A DNA stretch of 63,790 nucleotides from Gammaproteobacteria bacterium (GTDB taxonomy: Bacteria > Pseudomonadota > Gammaproteobacteria > Steroidobacterales > JABDMI01), in assembly GCA_013001575.1 (NCBI GenBank), contig JABDMI010000127.1:1-63790 (forward strand), read 5' to 3'. Below, piece by piece: positions 39,582 through 50,201 of this stretch (the first letter of the stretch is position 1; the number at the start of each line of letters is the position of its first letter). Made by a program: the position numbers and the translations under genes. The notes under the pieces were generated by a model. That model ran no database searches and had not been told where the DNA came from. It saw nothing but the letters and a program-made list of their open reading frames with translations.

Positions 39582-41087
39582 ATGATGACCTGGTTTAACG
39601 ACTACATCGTTCCGGTATTGCAATTTCTTGCAACCTTGTTCATCACAGCAATAGGCATTGCTGTTCTCGCGGTCTTCATCATGTACATCCGCGACAAAAC
39701 CCAGCGCAAAAAAACCATATTGCGCAACTACCCGGTGATTGGAAGATTCCGGTATTTTTTCGAGCACCTGGGTGAGTTCTTTCGTCAGTATTTTTTCGCC
39801 ATGGACCGTGAAGAATTACCGTTTAATCGCGCACAACGCTCTTGGGTCTATCGTGCCGCGAAAAATTTAAGTACCACCACCGCATTTGGTTCGACAAAAA
39901 ATTTGACTCCCGAGGGAACGGTGATCTTTGTGAATGCCGCCTACCCTCCGCAAGAGCACGAAAAACAATCGCCAACCCCGTTAACCATTGGGCCCCAGGC
40001 ACGCAAACCGTATGTCACCTCGTCGTTCTTTAACATTTCTGCCATGAGTTTTGGTTCACTCTCCAAACCGGCGATTCAGGCATTATCACGCGGTGCCAAG
40101 CAAGCGGGAATTTGGCTTAACACCGGAGAAGGCGGTTTATCGCCGTATCATTTGGAAGGTGGCTGTGATGTGGTTTTTCAGCTGGGCACTGCAAAGTATG
40201 GTGCCCGCGATAAAGACGGCAATCTGGATGAAAATAAACTCAAGGAGATTGCCAATTATCCACAAGTGAAAATGATCGAACTCAAACTTGCACAAGGGGC
40301 CAAGCCCGGTAAAGGTGGCATCTTGCCGGCTGAGAAAGTCACCCCAGAGATCGCCAAGATACGCGGGATTCCTGCCGGACAAGCGTCATTAAGTCCGAAC
40401 CGTCACCTTGATGCCGGAAACAATGAAGAACTCATCGATTTGATAAATCGCTTACGTAATGTCAGCGGGCTTCCAGTGGGAATAAAAATTGTTTTAAGTT
40501 CCGAATTCTGGATGGATGAATTTCTGCAGGCCATACTAAAACGCGGACCCGAATATGCCCCAGATTTTATTACTGTTGATGGTGGGGACGGTGGCACCGG
40601 TGCTGCACCCCAGGCGCTGATTGATGAAATGGGTTTGCAGCTCAAAGAATCCTTACCCTTGTTAGTCGATAAATTAAACGAATACGGTTTACGCAAGCGT
40701 ATAAAAGTTATTGCGTCGGGTAAACGTATTAATCCTTCCGAAGTTGCCTGGGCCTTATGCATGGGGGCTGATTTTGTTAATAATGCACGCGGCTTTATGT
40801 TTGCACTTGGGTGCATCCAGGCCATGCAATGTAACAAAAACACCTGCCCAACCGGGATCACTACCCACGATGAAAAATTGCAAAGTGGCCTGGTGGTAGA
40901 AAATAAAGCTGAACGCGTGGCAAATTTCGCCAAGACCATGCGTAAAGAAGTAGAGACTATTGCCCACTCTTGTGGCGCACCAGAGCCAAGAAAGCTAAAA
41001 CGCCGACATGCGCGAATAGTCAGTCAAAACGGATTATCGGTACCTTTGAACCAATTACACCCTGATAAAAGTCCCGCATCCGACTAA
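39582..41087 (+). CDS. FMN-binding glutamate synthase family protein (GltB domain-2-like), membrane anchored
   Basis: 501 aa. N-terminal TM segment, then ISAMSFGSLS, KLAQGAKPGKGGILP and DGGDGGTGAAP motifs. Confidence 0.8.
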   Translation: MMTWFNDYIVPVLQFLATLFITAIGIAVLAVFIMYIRDKTQRKKTILRNYPVIGRFRYFFEHLGEFFRQYFFAMDREELPFNRAQRSWVYRAAKNLSTTTAFGSTKNLTPEGTVIFVNAAYPPQEHEKQSPTPLTIGPQARKPYVTSSFFNISAMSFGSLSKPAIQALSRGAKQAGIWLNTGEGGLSPYHLEGGCDVVFQLGTAKYGARDKDGNLDENKLKEIANYPQVKMIELKLAQGAKPGKGGILPAEKVTPEIAKIRGIPAGQASLSPNRHLDAGNNEELIDLINRLRNVSGLPVGIKIVLSSEFWMDEFLQAILKRGPEYAPDFITVDGGDGGTGAAPQALIDEMGLQLKESLPLLVDKLNEYGLRKRIKVIASGKRINPSEVAWALCMGADFVNNARGFMFALGCIQAMQCNKNTCPTGITTHDEKLQSGLVVENKAERVANFAKTMRKEVETIAHSCGAPEPRKLKRRHARIVSQNGLSVPLNQLHPDKSPASD

Positions 41088-41130
41088 TAATCCTTTAATC
41101 ATCACCAGTATTTCTGTAAAATCAGACAAT

Positions 41131-41694
41131 ATGGAAGACGACCTGATATCTAATATCAAAAGTAAAATCAAAGGCTTGTTCTCGAAAGCACGCTATGATG
41201 ACGACGATGTACCTGAATTCAAGGACGAGTACAGTTTATTGGTTGATAACAAGCGTGTTATTGATTACACCTTGATCAACAACAAACTCGGGATCAAGCT
41301 TCAAGTCGGTTTATACCGTGACACCAATAAATTCCTGACCAAGGGCGTAAGCAAGGAACAAGCCATCGAAAATATCGGTGCGGCACTAAGTGCGGTCAAA
41401 CCGGTCTACATTGCCCTGCTCAAGGAAAAATTCAACAAAGCCAGTAACGACTTCGAGAATGAGACGAATCTGGTTAAAAAGTTTGAGCGCACGTCACGCT
41501 TGTTTAAAATTAAAGGCTTGCAACTGGCTAATGGTGATACCGAAGCGGTGCTTTGTTTGCACTTGTTGATCCGCCCGGATGTTGCTCCGTTTATTATCAT
41601 CGGCAAACAGCCCAAAGGTAAAAAACGCGAAGCGATCAAAGATGATGTGACCTTTGAGGAAACCCAGGACTGGGATCTGGTCGATTTCGATTAA
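41131..41694 (+). CDS. Hypothetical protein
   Basis: 187 aa soluble protein with no recognised motif. Confidence 0.5.
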   Translation: MEDDLISNIKSKIKGLFSKARYDDDDVPEFKDEYSLLVDNKRVIDYTLINNKLGIKLQVGLYRDTNKFLTKGVSKEQAIENIGAALSAVKPVYIALLKEKFNKASNDFENETNLVKKFERTSRLFKIKGLQLANGDTEAVLCLHLLIRPDVAPFIIIGKQPKGKKREAIKDDVTFEETQDWDLVDFD

Positions 41695-41713
41695 TCAGGA
41701 ATTTACTGCGTTC

Positions 41714-42685
41714 CTAATACACCAGCAAGGCAGAACCCCAGGTAAAGCCGCCACCAAACGCTTCCAACAATAAAGTTTCCCCGCGCTTGATGCGCCCGTC
41801 TCGTACCGCCACGTCCAGTGCCATGGGTACTGATGCGGTAGACGTATTGCCATGAATTTGAACCGTTTGCACAACGCGTTCCATTGGCATATTCAATTTT
41901 TTAGCCGTGGCTTTAATAATTCGCATATTGGCCTGATGCGGGATCAACCAGTCGATATCGCTTTTCTGAAGATTATTTTTTTCCAGTGTCTCCAGCACAA
42001 CATTGCCCAATTGCTTAACGGCGGTTTTGAATACTTCATTTCCGGTCATACGCAGTTGCGCTTCTTCACCTTTAAAGGTTTCCACACCCTTACCAATACC
42101 CGCCGGATAGTAGAGTAGATCCTTGTACTTTCCGTCGGCGTGCAAATGGGTTGAGATGATGCCGGCTTCTTCAGACGCTTCCAGAATAACCGCGCCAGCG
42201 CCATCACCAAACAGCACCGCGGTACTGCGATCATCCCAGTCCAGCAAATTGGTAATGCGTTCGCCACCAACCACCAGGGCTTTTTTCACATCGCCGCAGC
42301 GAATGAATTTATCCGCGACGGCTAAGGCGTAAATAAACCCGGTGCATGCTGCCTCCAGACTAAAGGCCATGGGGCCATGAATGCCGAGGCGCTCTTGCAA
42401 TAAACAACCAGGATTCGGGAATATCTGATCGGGTGTTGTTGTGCCCACGATCACACAATCGATGTCTTCGGCACTCACTCCGGCTGCCTCCATGGCGGCC
42501 TTGGCTGCTACTTCGCACATATCCACGGTGGTCATATCTTCTGCGACATGACGTTGCTTGATTCCGGTGCGAGTCTGGATCCACTCATCGGTAGTATCCA
42601 TGATCTTTTCCAGATCAGCGTTGGTTAAAATTTTGGGTGGATTACAGCGACCGGTTCCGGTTATTCGGGAATAAATTCTTTGCAT
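41714..42685 (-). CDS. fabH: 3-oxoacyl-ACP synthase III
   Basis: Motifs TNADLEKIMDTTDEWIQTRTGIKQRH, LEAACTGF (active Cys), HQAN and GNTSTASVP. Start set at MQRIYSRITGTG. Confidence 0.85.
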   Translation of the reverse strand: MQRIYSRITGTGRCNPPKILTNADLEKIMDTTDEWIQTRTGIKQRHVAEDMTTVDMCEVAAKAAMEAAGVSAEDIDCVIVGTTTPDQIFPNPGCLLQERLGIHGPMAFSLEAACTGFIYALAVADKFIRCGDVKKALVVGGERITNLLDWDDRSTAVLFGDGAGAVILEASEEAGIISTHLHADGKYKDLLYYPAGIGKGVETFKGEEAQLRMTGNEVFKTAVKQLGNVVLETLEKNNLQKSDIDWLIPHQANMRIIKATAKKLNMPMERVVQTVQIHGNTSTASVPMALDVAVRDGRIKRGETLLLEAFGGGFTWGSALLVY

Positions 42686-42785
42686 GTGAATTCTCTGTGA
42701 GTGCAGCAATTTGAAACTAACTGTATTCTACTCAATACCAGCAACATTTGTATTATTTATCGTGCAAAAATTGATACCGGAGGCA

Positions 42786-42822
42786 TAAAAAAAGCCGCGT
42801 AGATCAATATCTACACGGCTTG
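42786..42822 (-). terminator. Intrinsic terminator after rpmF
   Basis: Minus strand has a 13-bp stem AAGCCGUGUAGAU-AUUG-AUCUACGCGGCUU followed by a U-run, 18 nt after the rpmF stop. Confidence 0.75.
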
Positions 42823-42839
42823 GATTACTGGATGGTTAT

Positions 42840-43055
42840 TTAGTCTTCCATCTCATCCATCTCGTCCATATCAAACTCATTGACCTTGGGCTTGATGACT
42901 TGCTTGCCACGGTAATAACCATCCGCCGTTACAGTGTGACGCAAATGCGTTTCACCAGTTGTTGGATCGGTCGACAATGTTTTGCCTTTCAAAGCATCGT
43001 GTGAACGACGCATGCCGCGACGTGACGGGGTTTTTTTACTCTTTTGTACTGCCAT
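42840..43055 (-). CDS. rpmF: 50S ribosomal protein L32 (with acidic C-terminal extension)
   Basis: [22 protein letters not shown]...[16 protein letters not shown] matches L32. It carries an extra tail, [13 protein letters not shown]. Confidence 0.95.
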   Translation of the reverse strand: MAVQKSKKTPSRRGMRRSHDALKGKTLSTDPTTGETHLRHTVTADGYYRGKQVIKPKVNEFDMDEMDEMED

Positions 43056-43132
43056 TGGTATTCTCCAAAATATAAATCAAATTCTTTTTCCAGCGAGCTT
43101 ACAAGGCATAAGCCACTGGCATAAATTCTGTA

Positions 43133-43708
43133 TTAATGTTTGATCAGGTCTTTCAAACCCGCAAACGGTCGTTGTTTTTCTTCCTCAAAAGTCGCTTCAA
43201 CACTTTGGGTGTCTGCGGAATATTTTTCCCATCCCGACTCTACGCACTCTTCTGCATGTTCATGACGCGGATAGAACGGTATGGCTAATTGCAATTCTTC
43301 GGCCAATAATGCGCCCAAGTCCAGTTCGCCCTCACGTATATTCAGTTGCGATTCCTGATTTGCCAAAACCAGAATCTCCTCATCGGTTTCGACAAACTTT
43401 TCTGCGTCTTTATCCGTTGCCACTAAAACATAATTATTACTGTGTTTTACATCGATGTTCATTTTTCCTAAACATCTTTGACAGCTGACAAATATTGTTC
43501 CATCGATTTGCAAACTAAGTGATTGTTTATCTTCTCTTGTTCTGGTAAATTTTGCCTGAAGGCGTAACACCGGGTCTTCGCCACTTTCGTCTGCGAAAAG
43601 CAATGTGTTTACTCCAGGAAAATCTTGGGCTTTAATGGCCTGCTCGATCAACAGTGCCTGTCCGGCGGCATCCGTAACGCGTATCGGACGCAGTAAATCT
43701 ATCGACAT
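43133..43708 (-). CDS. yceD: YceD (DUF177) large-subunit rRNA accumulation protein
   Basis: 191 aa acidic protein with a CQRCL motif. Conserved position upstream of rpmF. Confidence 0.8.
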   Translation of the reverse strand: MSIDLLRPIRVTDAAGQALLIEQAIKAQDFPGVNTLLFADESGEDPVLRLQAKFTRTREDKQSLSLQIDGTIFVSCQRCLGKMNIDVKHSNNYVLVATDKDAEKFVETDEEILVLANQESQLNIREGELDLGALLAEELQLAIPFYPRHEHAEECVESGWEKYSADTQSVEATFEEEKQRPFAGLKDLIKH

Positions 43709-43814
43709 AACCTGTTATTATAATTACTTTTTTAGGGATTGACCACAGTCTGATCACTTTTAACATCGAGTCTGCATCAGATTTATCCCGGCATTTTCGT
43801 GATCAAGAGTAGAA

Positions 43815-44420
43815 ATGAGCCTAGTAAAGAATAAATTTCATGTCATCCTGGCCTCACAATCGCCCTTTCGGGCTGAACTGCTGAACCGCTTAGGCATTGA
43901 TTTTGAACAAGTTTCTTCAGATATTGATGAAACTTGCCGGCCAGGTGAATCTGCGCAAGAACTCACTCAACGTCTCGCAACCCGTAAAGCTCAATTTGTT
44001 CTCGACCGACTGGAAAGTATGGCGGATGAAACCCTGGTGATCATCGGTTCGGACCAGGTTGCCAGTCATCGCGGGAAAATACTGGGTAAACCGCGTTCCC
44101 GGGAAAACGCGATAAAACAACTTTCGACCTTCAAAAACGACAAAGTAGAATTCTTTACTGCTGTGTCGGTACTTACCCATGCAGAAAAATTTGAACACCT
44201 TGATGTCACTCAAGTGTACTTTAAAGAACTGAGTTTAAAACAAATAGAAAATTATGTAGACGCAGAAGATGTTTTAAATTGTGCAGGCAGTTTTAAGTCG
44301 GAAGGGTTAGGCATTAGTCTTTTCAAAAAGATCAAAAACCAGGACCCGACGGCCTTGATTGGACTTCCGATGATCTGGGTGGCAAATTGTTTGCAGAAAA
44401 TAGGAATTAAAATTCCCTGA
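43815..44420 (+). CDS. Maf-like nucleoside triphosphate pyrophosphatase (YceF type)
   Basis: Motifs ILASQSPFRAELLNRLGI, IGSDQV and GAGSFKSEGLGISL. Confidence 0.85.
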   Translation: MSLVKNKFHVILASQSPFRAELLNRLGIDFEQVSSDIDETCRPGESAQELTQRLATRKAQFVLDRLESMADETLVIIGSDQVASHRGKILGKPRSRENAIKQLSTFKNDKVEFFTAVSVLTHAEKFEHLDVTQVYFKELSLKQIENYVDAEDVLNCAGSFKSEGLGISLFKKIKNQDPTALIGLPMIWVANCLQKIGIKIP

Positions 44421-44430
44421 GCCGACGAAT

Positions 44431-45429
44431 TCAAACAGGCTTGAGTTTATCGATCAGTCTGCTTAGATCATCCGGCAAAGGCGCGCTAATTGACAATTCT
44501 TCGCCAGACTTCGGGTGTGTGAATTCAATATTGTGCGCGTGCAGGAACAGTCGCTTTAAACCCAGTTTTTTTAGCTGCTTGTTAAACTCGCGATCGCCAT
44601 AACGATCATCACCAGCCACGGGATGTTGTTTAGCTTGTGCATGCACGCGTATTTGATGTGTGCGGCCTGTCTCAAGATCAACCTGCATTAAACTGACTTT
44701 AAGGTTTTTGTTTTTTTCAGCAATGTAGTGTTGTAAGCGATTGAAATGGCTAAGTGACTTTTTGCCCTTCTCACTCACGACAACGTGCCGCTCACCGCCT
44801 TTTCGATGTTCAACGTCCAATGGTAAATCCACTCGGGCGCGATCCGACCAATGGTCTTTTAACAAAGTCAGGTATTGTTTTTTGACTTCATTGTCACGAA
44901 TTTGCCGGTGCAATTCACGCAAGGCACTGCGTTTTTTGGCAAGCACCAAACAACCACTGGTTGAACGATCGAGACGATGCACCAATTCCAGATATTGCTG
45001 TTGCGGTTTCAACAAGCGCATGGCCTCGATCACGCCTAATGAAATTCCACTACCGCCATGTACCGCCATGCCCGATGGCTTATCAATGATGAGCAAGCGT
45101 TCGTCTTCAAACAAAATAGAATTCTGCAAGCGCTCAGCCAGTTTTGAACCAAGGCTTAGTTGTGGCTTGGCCTCAAGATTTTCCTGACGCTCCAAAACCA
45201 TTTTTGGCGGTAAGCGGATCTGGTCACCCGCAGACAATTTTTGCATTGGCTTACAGCGCTTTTTATTTATGCGTACCTGACCGGTGCGAACCAGGCGATA
45301 CAAATGGCTGCGTGGCAGATCCTTGAATTCCCGCAACAAGTAATTATCCAGGCGCTGTCCGGCCTCGTCGTCCGCAACAGTGAACAGATTTGATGGTTTA
45401 AGCCCGGTGCTGGATTTTTGCTCAGTCAT
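44431..45429 (-). CDS. rluC: 23S rRNA pseudouridine synthase RluC (RluA family with S4 domain)
   Basis: S4 region (GQRLDNYL...LVRTGQVRINKKR) and catalytic HRLDRSTSGCLVLAK. Divergent from rne, as in E. coli. Confidence 0.85.
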   Translation of the reverse strand: MTEQKSSTGLKPSNLFTVADDEAGQRLDNYLLREFKDLPRSHLYRLVRTGQVRINKKRCKPMQKLSAGDQIRLPPKMVLERQENLEAKPQLSLGSKLAERLQNSILFEDERLLIIDKPSGMAVHGGSGISLGVIEAMRLLKPQQQYLELVHRLDRSTSGCLVLAKKRSALRELHRQIRDNEVKKQYLTLLKDHWSDRARVDLPLDVEHRKGGERHVVVSEKGKKSLSHFNRLQHYIAEKNKNLKVSLMQVDLETGRTHQIRVHAQAKQHPVAGDDRYGDREFNKQLKKLGLKRLFLHAHNIEFTHPKSGEELSISAPLPDDLSRLIDKLKPV

Positions 45430-45971
45430 GCTTAGTTATTGAAAAAAAAGACATTTTACACCTTTGCGTGAAGATTGTGGCATTGCGGCACCCGACTATT
45501 TACTGTATAGTTCGCACGTCTAACGTCTCATTAGACTTTGTTTCAAGTAATTGAAATATAACATTTTTTGAGAACGCAAAGATTTCGCAACCTTGCTGTT
45601 GCGGCATTTGCCCCAATATCAGCAATGTAGCACCTTTTTTTACCACCGGTTTATAAACAAAATAATAAACCCTAAATAATACCAATCTCGATTTGTTGTT
45701 CGAGCACAGAGCCACAACGCAATACAAACGTTTGTCGGCCAATCGAAAATTCAGAGATGACGTAAAAGCGAAAAACACATAACCTTTAAAATGTTATACA
45801 TAGTTTGCTATTTATTAAATTGCCTAACCAGTCTGTTGACACCGACTGTAGCGATTTCAGTACGTCCCTCACACACAGAGACCGGCTTAAGCCAGAATCT
45901 CTTACCAGTTTTCAATTCTTCAAAACACCTCGCACACAACAGATCATGGGATTGGTTGGAAAGCAAAACCC

Positions 45972-48875
45972 ATGAAAAGATTATTAGTAAACGCAACGCA
46001 ATCCGAAGAGATGCGCGTTGCAATGGTCGATGGCCAACACCTTTACAACCTCGACATCGAATCGCCAGCGCGCGAATCACGTAAAGCCAATATATACAAA
46101 GGCGTAATCACCCGGGTCGAGCCGAGTCTCGAAGCCGCGTTTGTTGATTACGGGGCTGAACGTCACGGATTTCTGCCTCTCAAAGAGATCGGCAAAGAAT
46201 ACCTCTCAAACTATAGCGGTAAAGGCAAGCCCAACATCAAAGAAGTGCTCAAAGAAGGCACTGAAGTAGTCGTACAGGTTGAAAAAGACGAACGTGGAAA
46301 CAAAGGCGCAGCCCTAACCACGTTTATTAGTCTGGCCGGTCGCTACCTGGTGTGCATGCCAACCAATGCCAAAGCCGGTGGCGTATCGCGTCGCATCGAA
46401 GGTAAAGACCGTAACGAATTACGTCAGGTCATGAACAATTTGAAAGTACCGGATGGCATGGGTGCAATTGCACGTACCGCGGCAGTGGGACGCAATGTCG
46501 AAGAACTGCAATGGGATCTTGACTATCTGGTCAATATTGCCAATGCGATCTATGAAGTTTCGGAAAAACGCAAAGCCCCCTTCCTGATCTATCAAGAGAA
46601 TAAGCCGATATTGCGCGCCTTACGCGATCATTTCAGTGGTGAAGTTGGCGAGATCGTTATTGATAACGATGAAATTTACCAGGAAGCAAAAAACTTTGTG
46701 GCTAAAGTTATGCCGCAATACGAACGCAAAGTAAAACTTTATAACGATGACGTTCCATTGTTTAACCGTTTTCAGATCGAAGGCCAGATCAATTCTGCCT
46801 TTGCTCACACCGTTGACCTGCCTTCCGGCGGTAGTGTGGTGTTTGATCGCACTGAAGCCTTGACCTCTATCGACATTAACTCCGCGCGAGCAACCAAAGG
46901 TGGCGATATTGAAGCTACCGCTTTAAACACGAACCTTGAAGCGGCTGAAGAGATTGCGCGTCAATTACGCATACGCGATCTTGGCGGCTTGATAGTTATT
47001 GACTTCATCGACATGTACCAGCAACGCAATCAAAAAGAAGTGGAACGCCGAATGAAAGAATCGGTACGGCATGATCGCGCGCGTATACAAATTGGACGTA
47101 TCTCGCGTTTTGGTTTAATGGAAATGTCACGTCAACGCTTACGCCCTTCTCTAAGTGAAGCCAATACCATGACCTGTCCACGTTGCAGTGGCCTGGGATC
47201 AATACGCGACGTTGAATCGCTATCACTGTCTATTCTGCGCTTGATCGGCGACGAAGCCAGAAAAGACAACACCTCACAAGTTGTTGCCCAATTACCCGTC
47301 GATGTCAGCACTTATTTGTTGAATGAAAAACGCGAATGGGTTGCAGAGATCGAAACTCGCAACAATGTGCGTGTGATCGTTTTGCCCGACGCACAACTGG
47401 AAACCCCGCATTTCCATTTGCGCCGCATTAAAGGCGATGAAATGGCCCTGCCTGAAAATCAGGGTTCCAGTGTTGACCTGGCATCCAAAATTGAAGATTT
47501 GCCATTGGTTGATCTGGACAAATTCGGCAAAAAACAAACACCGGAAGTTCCGGCGGTTGCCAATATTCTTCCAGAAACACCTGCACCACAACACGTACCA
47601 AAAAAGAAAACTCAAAAGCCCGTTAAGTCACGTAAACCTACCTCCGAAAAAGCTCCGGTAAAAGAACTTGGACTGATTAAACGAGTGACTAATTGGTTTA
47701 CCGGTAGCGCAACAGAAAAACCGACAAGCGAAGAAAAAGTCCGTAAAGACAAAGAATCTCGTGAACGCAAGGATTCCAAGAGTCGTCAACCACGTGGCAA
47801 GCAGGGCCAAGACAAAAGCCGTTCAGGCAAGCAACAAAGCCGCGGCAAGCAACAGGGTCAGAAATCTCAAAACCAAAAGCGTAATGAACGCGGGCGCGGC
47901 CAATCAAAACACAAGACCCAGTCTGATCGTAGTCAAAGTCAAAAAGGCAAGCAGCAAGATCGCAAACAGGGGCAACGCAAACAACAAAGGTCTCGCGATG
48001 AAAATTCCGATGTAACAGATACAAAATCCACAGACACACAGATCCGGCAAGATAATCAACAAGCCAAGCAACAAAGCGGCGAGCAAAAACAGGGGCGTCA
48101 GCGCCAAGGACGCAATCGCAATCGTAACCGTCGTCGCAACCCGCGTAGCAACGAACAACAATCGCAACCACGTGATGACAAGCCGCAATCCCAAACTGCG
48201 GAACCTGTAAAACAAGCAGCGCAACAAGCCAAACCGGAATCCAAGTCGGCAAGTGTACAGCCGGAGGTCAAGCGAGCAGAACAAAAAGTCGAAACGCCCG
48301 TTTCCAAGCCTGCCGCACCAAGCCAAGCGTCAAATTCTGGTTATGTAGCCCCATTGGCAGCGGCCCCGGATAGCAAACCTGAAAACAAGCAAAGCGAAGC
48401 AATGCGTTTTGCTCCGTCCAAGCCTGAGGTATCTGCAGCACCTAAACCTGCGGCACCTAAACCTGCGACACCTAAACCCGCTGCTCCCAAACCCGCTGCT
48501 CCCAAACCGGCAGCACCTGAAGCTAAGGCAGCAAAGTCTGAGCAAAAGCCGCAACAAGCTCCTCAGACTCCAACACAACACACTCCAAAGCCAGTGACCC
48601 CAAAACCACAAACTCCACCAAGCAAAGCGCCTGCTCAAGCTACCGCCGAAATACCGGCGCCGGCTAAAAGTGGCGGGTTTGGATTCTCAACCACGAGTGC
48701 TGCACAAACAACGACCGCACCAGCCATTCCCAAGGCCGTTGAGAAAAGACCGGTACCCAAGAAAACTGCTGAAGCTCAAAAAGAGACTCCAGTTAAAAAG
48801 ATAAGTGATGGCAAGTCGGCATTCACATTAAGCCATTCCGATAATGTGGTGCCAAAAAACAAAGAAAACGGCTAA
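45972..48875 (+). CDS. rne: Ribonuclease E
   Basis: [30 protein letters not shown] begins a conserved catalytic N-terminal half. The C-terminal scaffold is long, Arg/Pro/Gln-rich and low in complexity. Confidence 0.95.
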   Translation: MKRLLVNATQSEEMRVAMVDGQHLYNLDIESPARESRKANIYKGVITRVEPSLEAAFVDYGAERHGFLPLKEIGKEYLSNYSGKGKPNIKEVLKEGTEVVVQVEKDERGNKGAALTTFISLAGRYLVCMPTNAKAGGVSRRIEGKDRNELRQVMNNLKVPDGMGAIARTAAVGRNVEELQWDLDYLVNIANAIYEVSEKRKAPFLIYQENKPILRALRDHFSGEVGEIVIDNDEIYQEAKNFVAKVMPQYERKVKLYNDDVPLFNRFQIEGQINSAFAHTVDLPSGGSVVFDRTEALTSIDINSARATKGGDIEATALNTNLEAAEEIARQLRIRDLGGLIVIDFIDMYQQRNQKEVERRMKESVRHDRARIQIGRISRFGLMEMSRQRLRPSLSEANTMTCPRCSGLGSIRDVESLSLSILRLIGDEARKDNTSQVVAQLPVDVSTYLLNEKREWVAEIETRNNVRVIVLPDAQLETPHFHLRRIKGDEMALPENQGSSVDLASKIEDLPLVDLDKFGKKQTPEVPAVANILPETPAPQHVPKKKTQKPVKSRKPTSEKAPVKELGLIKRVTNWFTGSATEKPTSEEKVRKDKESRERKDSKSRQPRGKQGQDKSRSGKQQSRGKQQGQKSQNQKRNERGRGQSKHKTQSDRSQSQKGKQQDRKQGQRKQQRSRDENSDVTDTKSTDTQIRQDNQQAKQQSGEQKQGRQRQGRNRNRNRRRNPRSNEQQSQPRDDKPQSQTAEPVKQAAQQAKPESKSASVQPEVKRAEQKVETPVSKPAAPSQASNSGYVAPLAAAPDSKPENKQSEAMRFAPSKPEVSAAPKPAAPKPATPKPAAPKPAAPKPAAPEAKAAKSEQKPQQAPQTPTQHTPKPVTPKPQTPPSKAPAQATAEIPAPAKSGGFGFSTTSAAQTTTAPAIPKAVEKRPVPKKTAEAQKETPVKKISDGKSAFTLSHSDNVVPKNKENG

Positions 48876-48896
48876 ACGTCTTTATTTAGCTCAGAT

Positions 48897-48923
48897 GAAA
48901 ACCGGTCATTGACCGGTTTTTTT
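48897..48923 (+). terminator. Intrinsic terminator after rne
   Basis: aaaccggtc-att-gaccggttt followed by a T-run. Confidence 0.75.
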
Positions 48924-48945
48924 ATGTGCGCATTGAAATAGAAAA

Positions 48946-49458
48946 TCAAATCTTGTCATTTAACATCCTGATGTATGCAATCAGGTTTTCGCAAGTTTCA
49001 GTGATCAAGCGCATGACATGATCAAAACCGTCCTGGTCACCAAAATACGGGTCCGGGACCGATTGCAATTCAGCATGACGGGAAAAATCCAGAAATAGTC
49101 TGATCTTGTGCTGCAAGTGTTCAGGGCAGATTGCCATGAGGTCACTGAAATTTGATTCATCCATGGCCAGAATCAGATCAAACTCTTCAAAGTCGCTTTC
49201 ATGTACCGCACGTGCACGGATATGCTCAAGACTGATTCCGTGTTGCCTGGCACTGGCACGCATGCGCGAGTCCGGTAATTCGCCAACATGATAAGCACCG
49301 GTTCCGGCTGAATCTATACGAATGCTGGTATGCAGGTCGGCCTTTTTTAATTGATGTTCAAACACACCATGTGCTGTGGGCGAACGGCAAATATTCCCCA
49401 AACACACAAATAGAATACTGGCGGGTTTTTTTTCGAGTGTAGTATCAGGACTGCGCAT
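48946..49458 (-). CDS. Low-molecular-weight protein tyrosine phosphatase
   Basis: ILFVCLGNICRSPTA P-loop (CX5R-S) and a DPYFG motif. Confidence 0.85.
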   Translation of the reverse strand: MRSPDTTLEKKPASILFVCLGNICRSPTAHGVFEHQLKKADLHTSIRIDSAGTGAYHVGELPDSRMRASARQHGISLEHIRARAVHESDFEEFDLILAMDESNFSDLMAICPEHLQHKIRLFLDFSRHAELQSVPDPYFGDQDGFDHVMRLITETCENLIAYIRMLNDKI

Positions 49459-49463
49459 AGCAT

Positions 49464-50201
49464 TTATTCGGAGGAATTTAAAAATTCGGTAACTTTTTTA
49501 AGATCTTCCTCAGTGTCCACGCCATGCCCGGGAACCCCGTTTGCGGTAGCGATCTTGATCAACAAACCGTTATCCAGTGCGCGTAATTGTTCCAGTTTTT
49601 CTGTTTGTTCGTGCTCGGTCGGACGCAGGGTGATCAGCTTTTTAAGCGTTTTAACCCGATAGGCGTAGAGACCCAAATGTCGGTAGGCAAGAAATTTCTT
49701 GGTGTCGCGCGGGAAGGGTATTGGTGCACGACTAAAGTATTGAGCGTATTGCTGTTTATTAAACACAACCTTGACCACATTCGGATTGGCAAGGTTTTCC
49801 TGATCATGGAATGGCAAACACAATGTGGCCATCGCAGCAGCTGGATCCGAGTCCAGTAAACCTGCAACTTGATCCAGTAATGCCGGCACCATCAAGGGTT
49901 CGTCTCCTTGTAAATTAACCACCAGAGTTTCAGCATCCCAGCCTTGTTTCAAGGCTACTTCGGTTATGCGCTCGGTCCCATTTTGATGGTCTTTTGAGGT
50001 CATAAAGCACTTAACGCCGGAATCTTTTACAGCTTTAGCAATGCGCTCGTCATCGGTAGCCACTATGACTTCACTGGCATTTGATGCCAGGGCCTTGTCG
50101 ATCACGCGCTCGATCATGGTGCGACCGTGAATTAGCTTTAACGGTTTACCGGGTAAGCGCTGTGAATCGTAGCGCGCAGGAATGACTAATTTGTAGTTCA
50201 T
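49464..50201 (-). CDS. kdsB: 3-deoxy-manno-octulosonate cytidylyltransferase
   Basis: Motifs VIPARYDSQRLPGKPL, VNLQGDEPL and EQLR. Overlaps the lpxK stop by 4 nt. Confidence 0.9.
   Translation of the reverse strand: MNYKLVIPARYDSQRLPGKPLKLIHGRTMIERVIDKALASNASEVIVATDDERIAKAVKDSGVKCFMTSKDHQNGTERITEVALKQGWDAETLVVNLQGDEPLMVPALLDQVAGLLDSDPAAAMATLCLPFHDQENLANPNVVKVVFNKQQYAQYFSRAPIPFPRDTKKFLAYRHLGLYAYRVKTLKKLITLRPTEHEQTEKLEQLRALDNGLLIKIATANGVPGHGVDTEEDLKKVTEFLNSSE

Noticed and set aside
47698-48638. Long minus-strand ORFs within the rne 3' half
   Set aside because: They are artefacts of the low-complexity, repeat-rich RNase E scaffold coding sequence.
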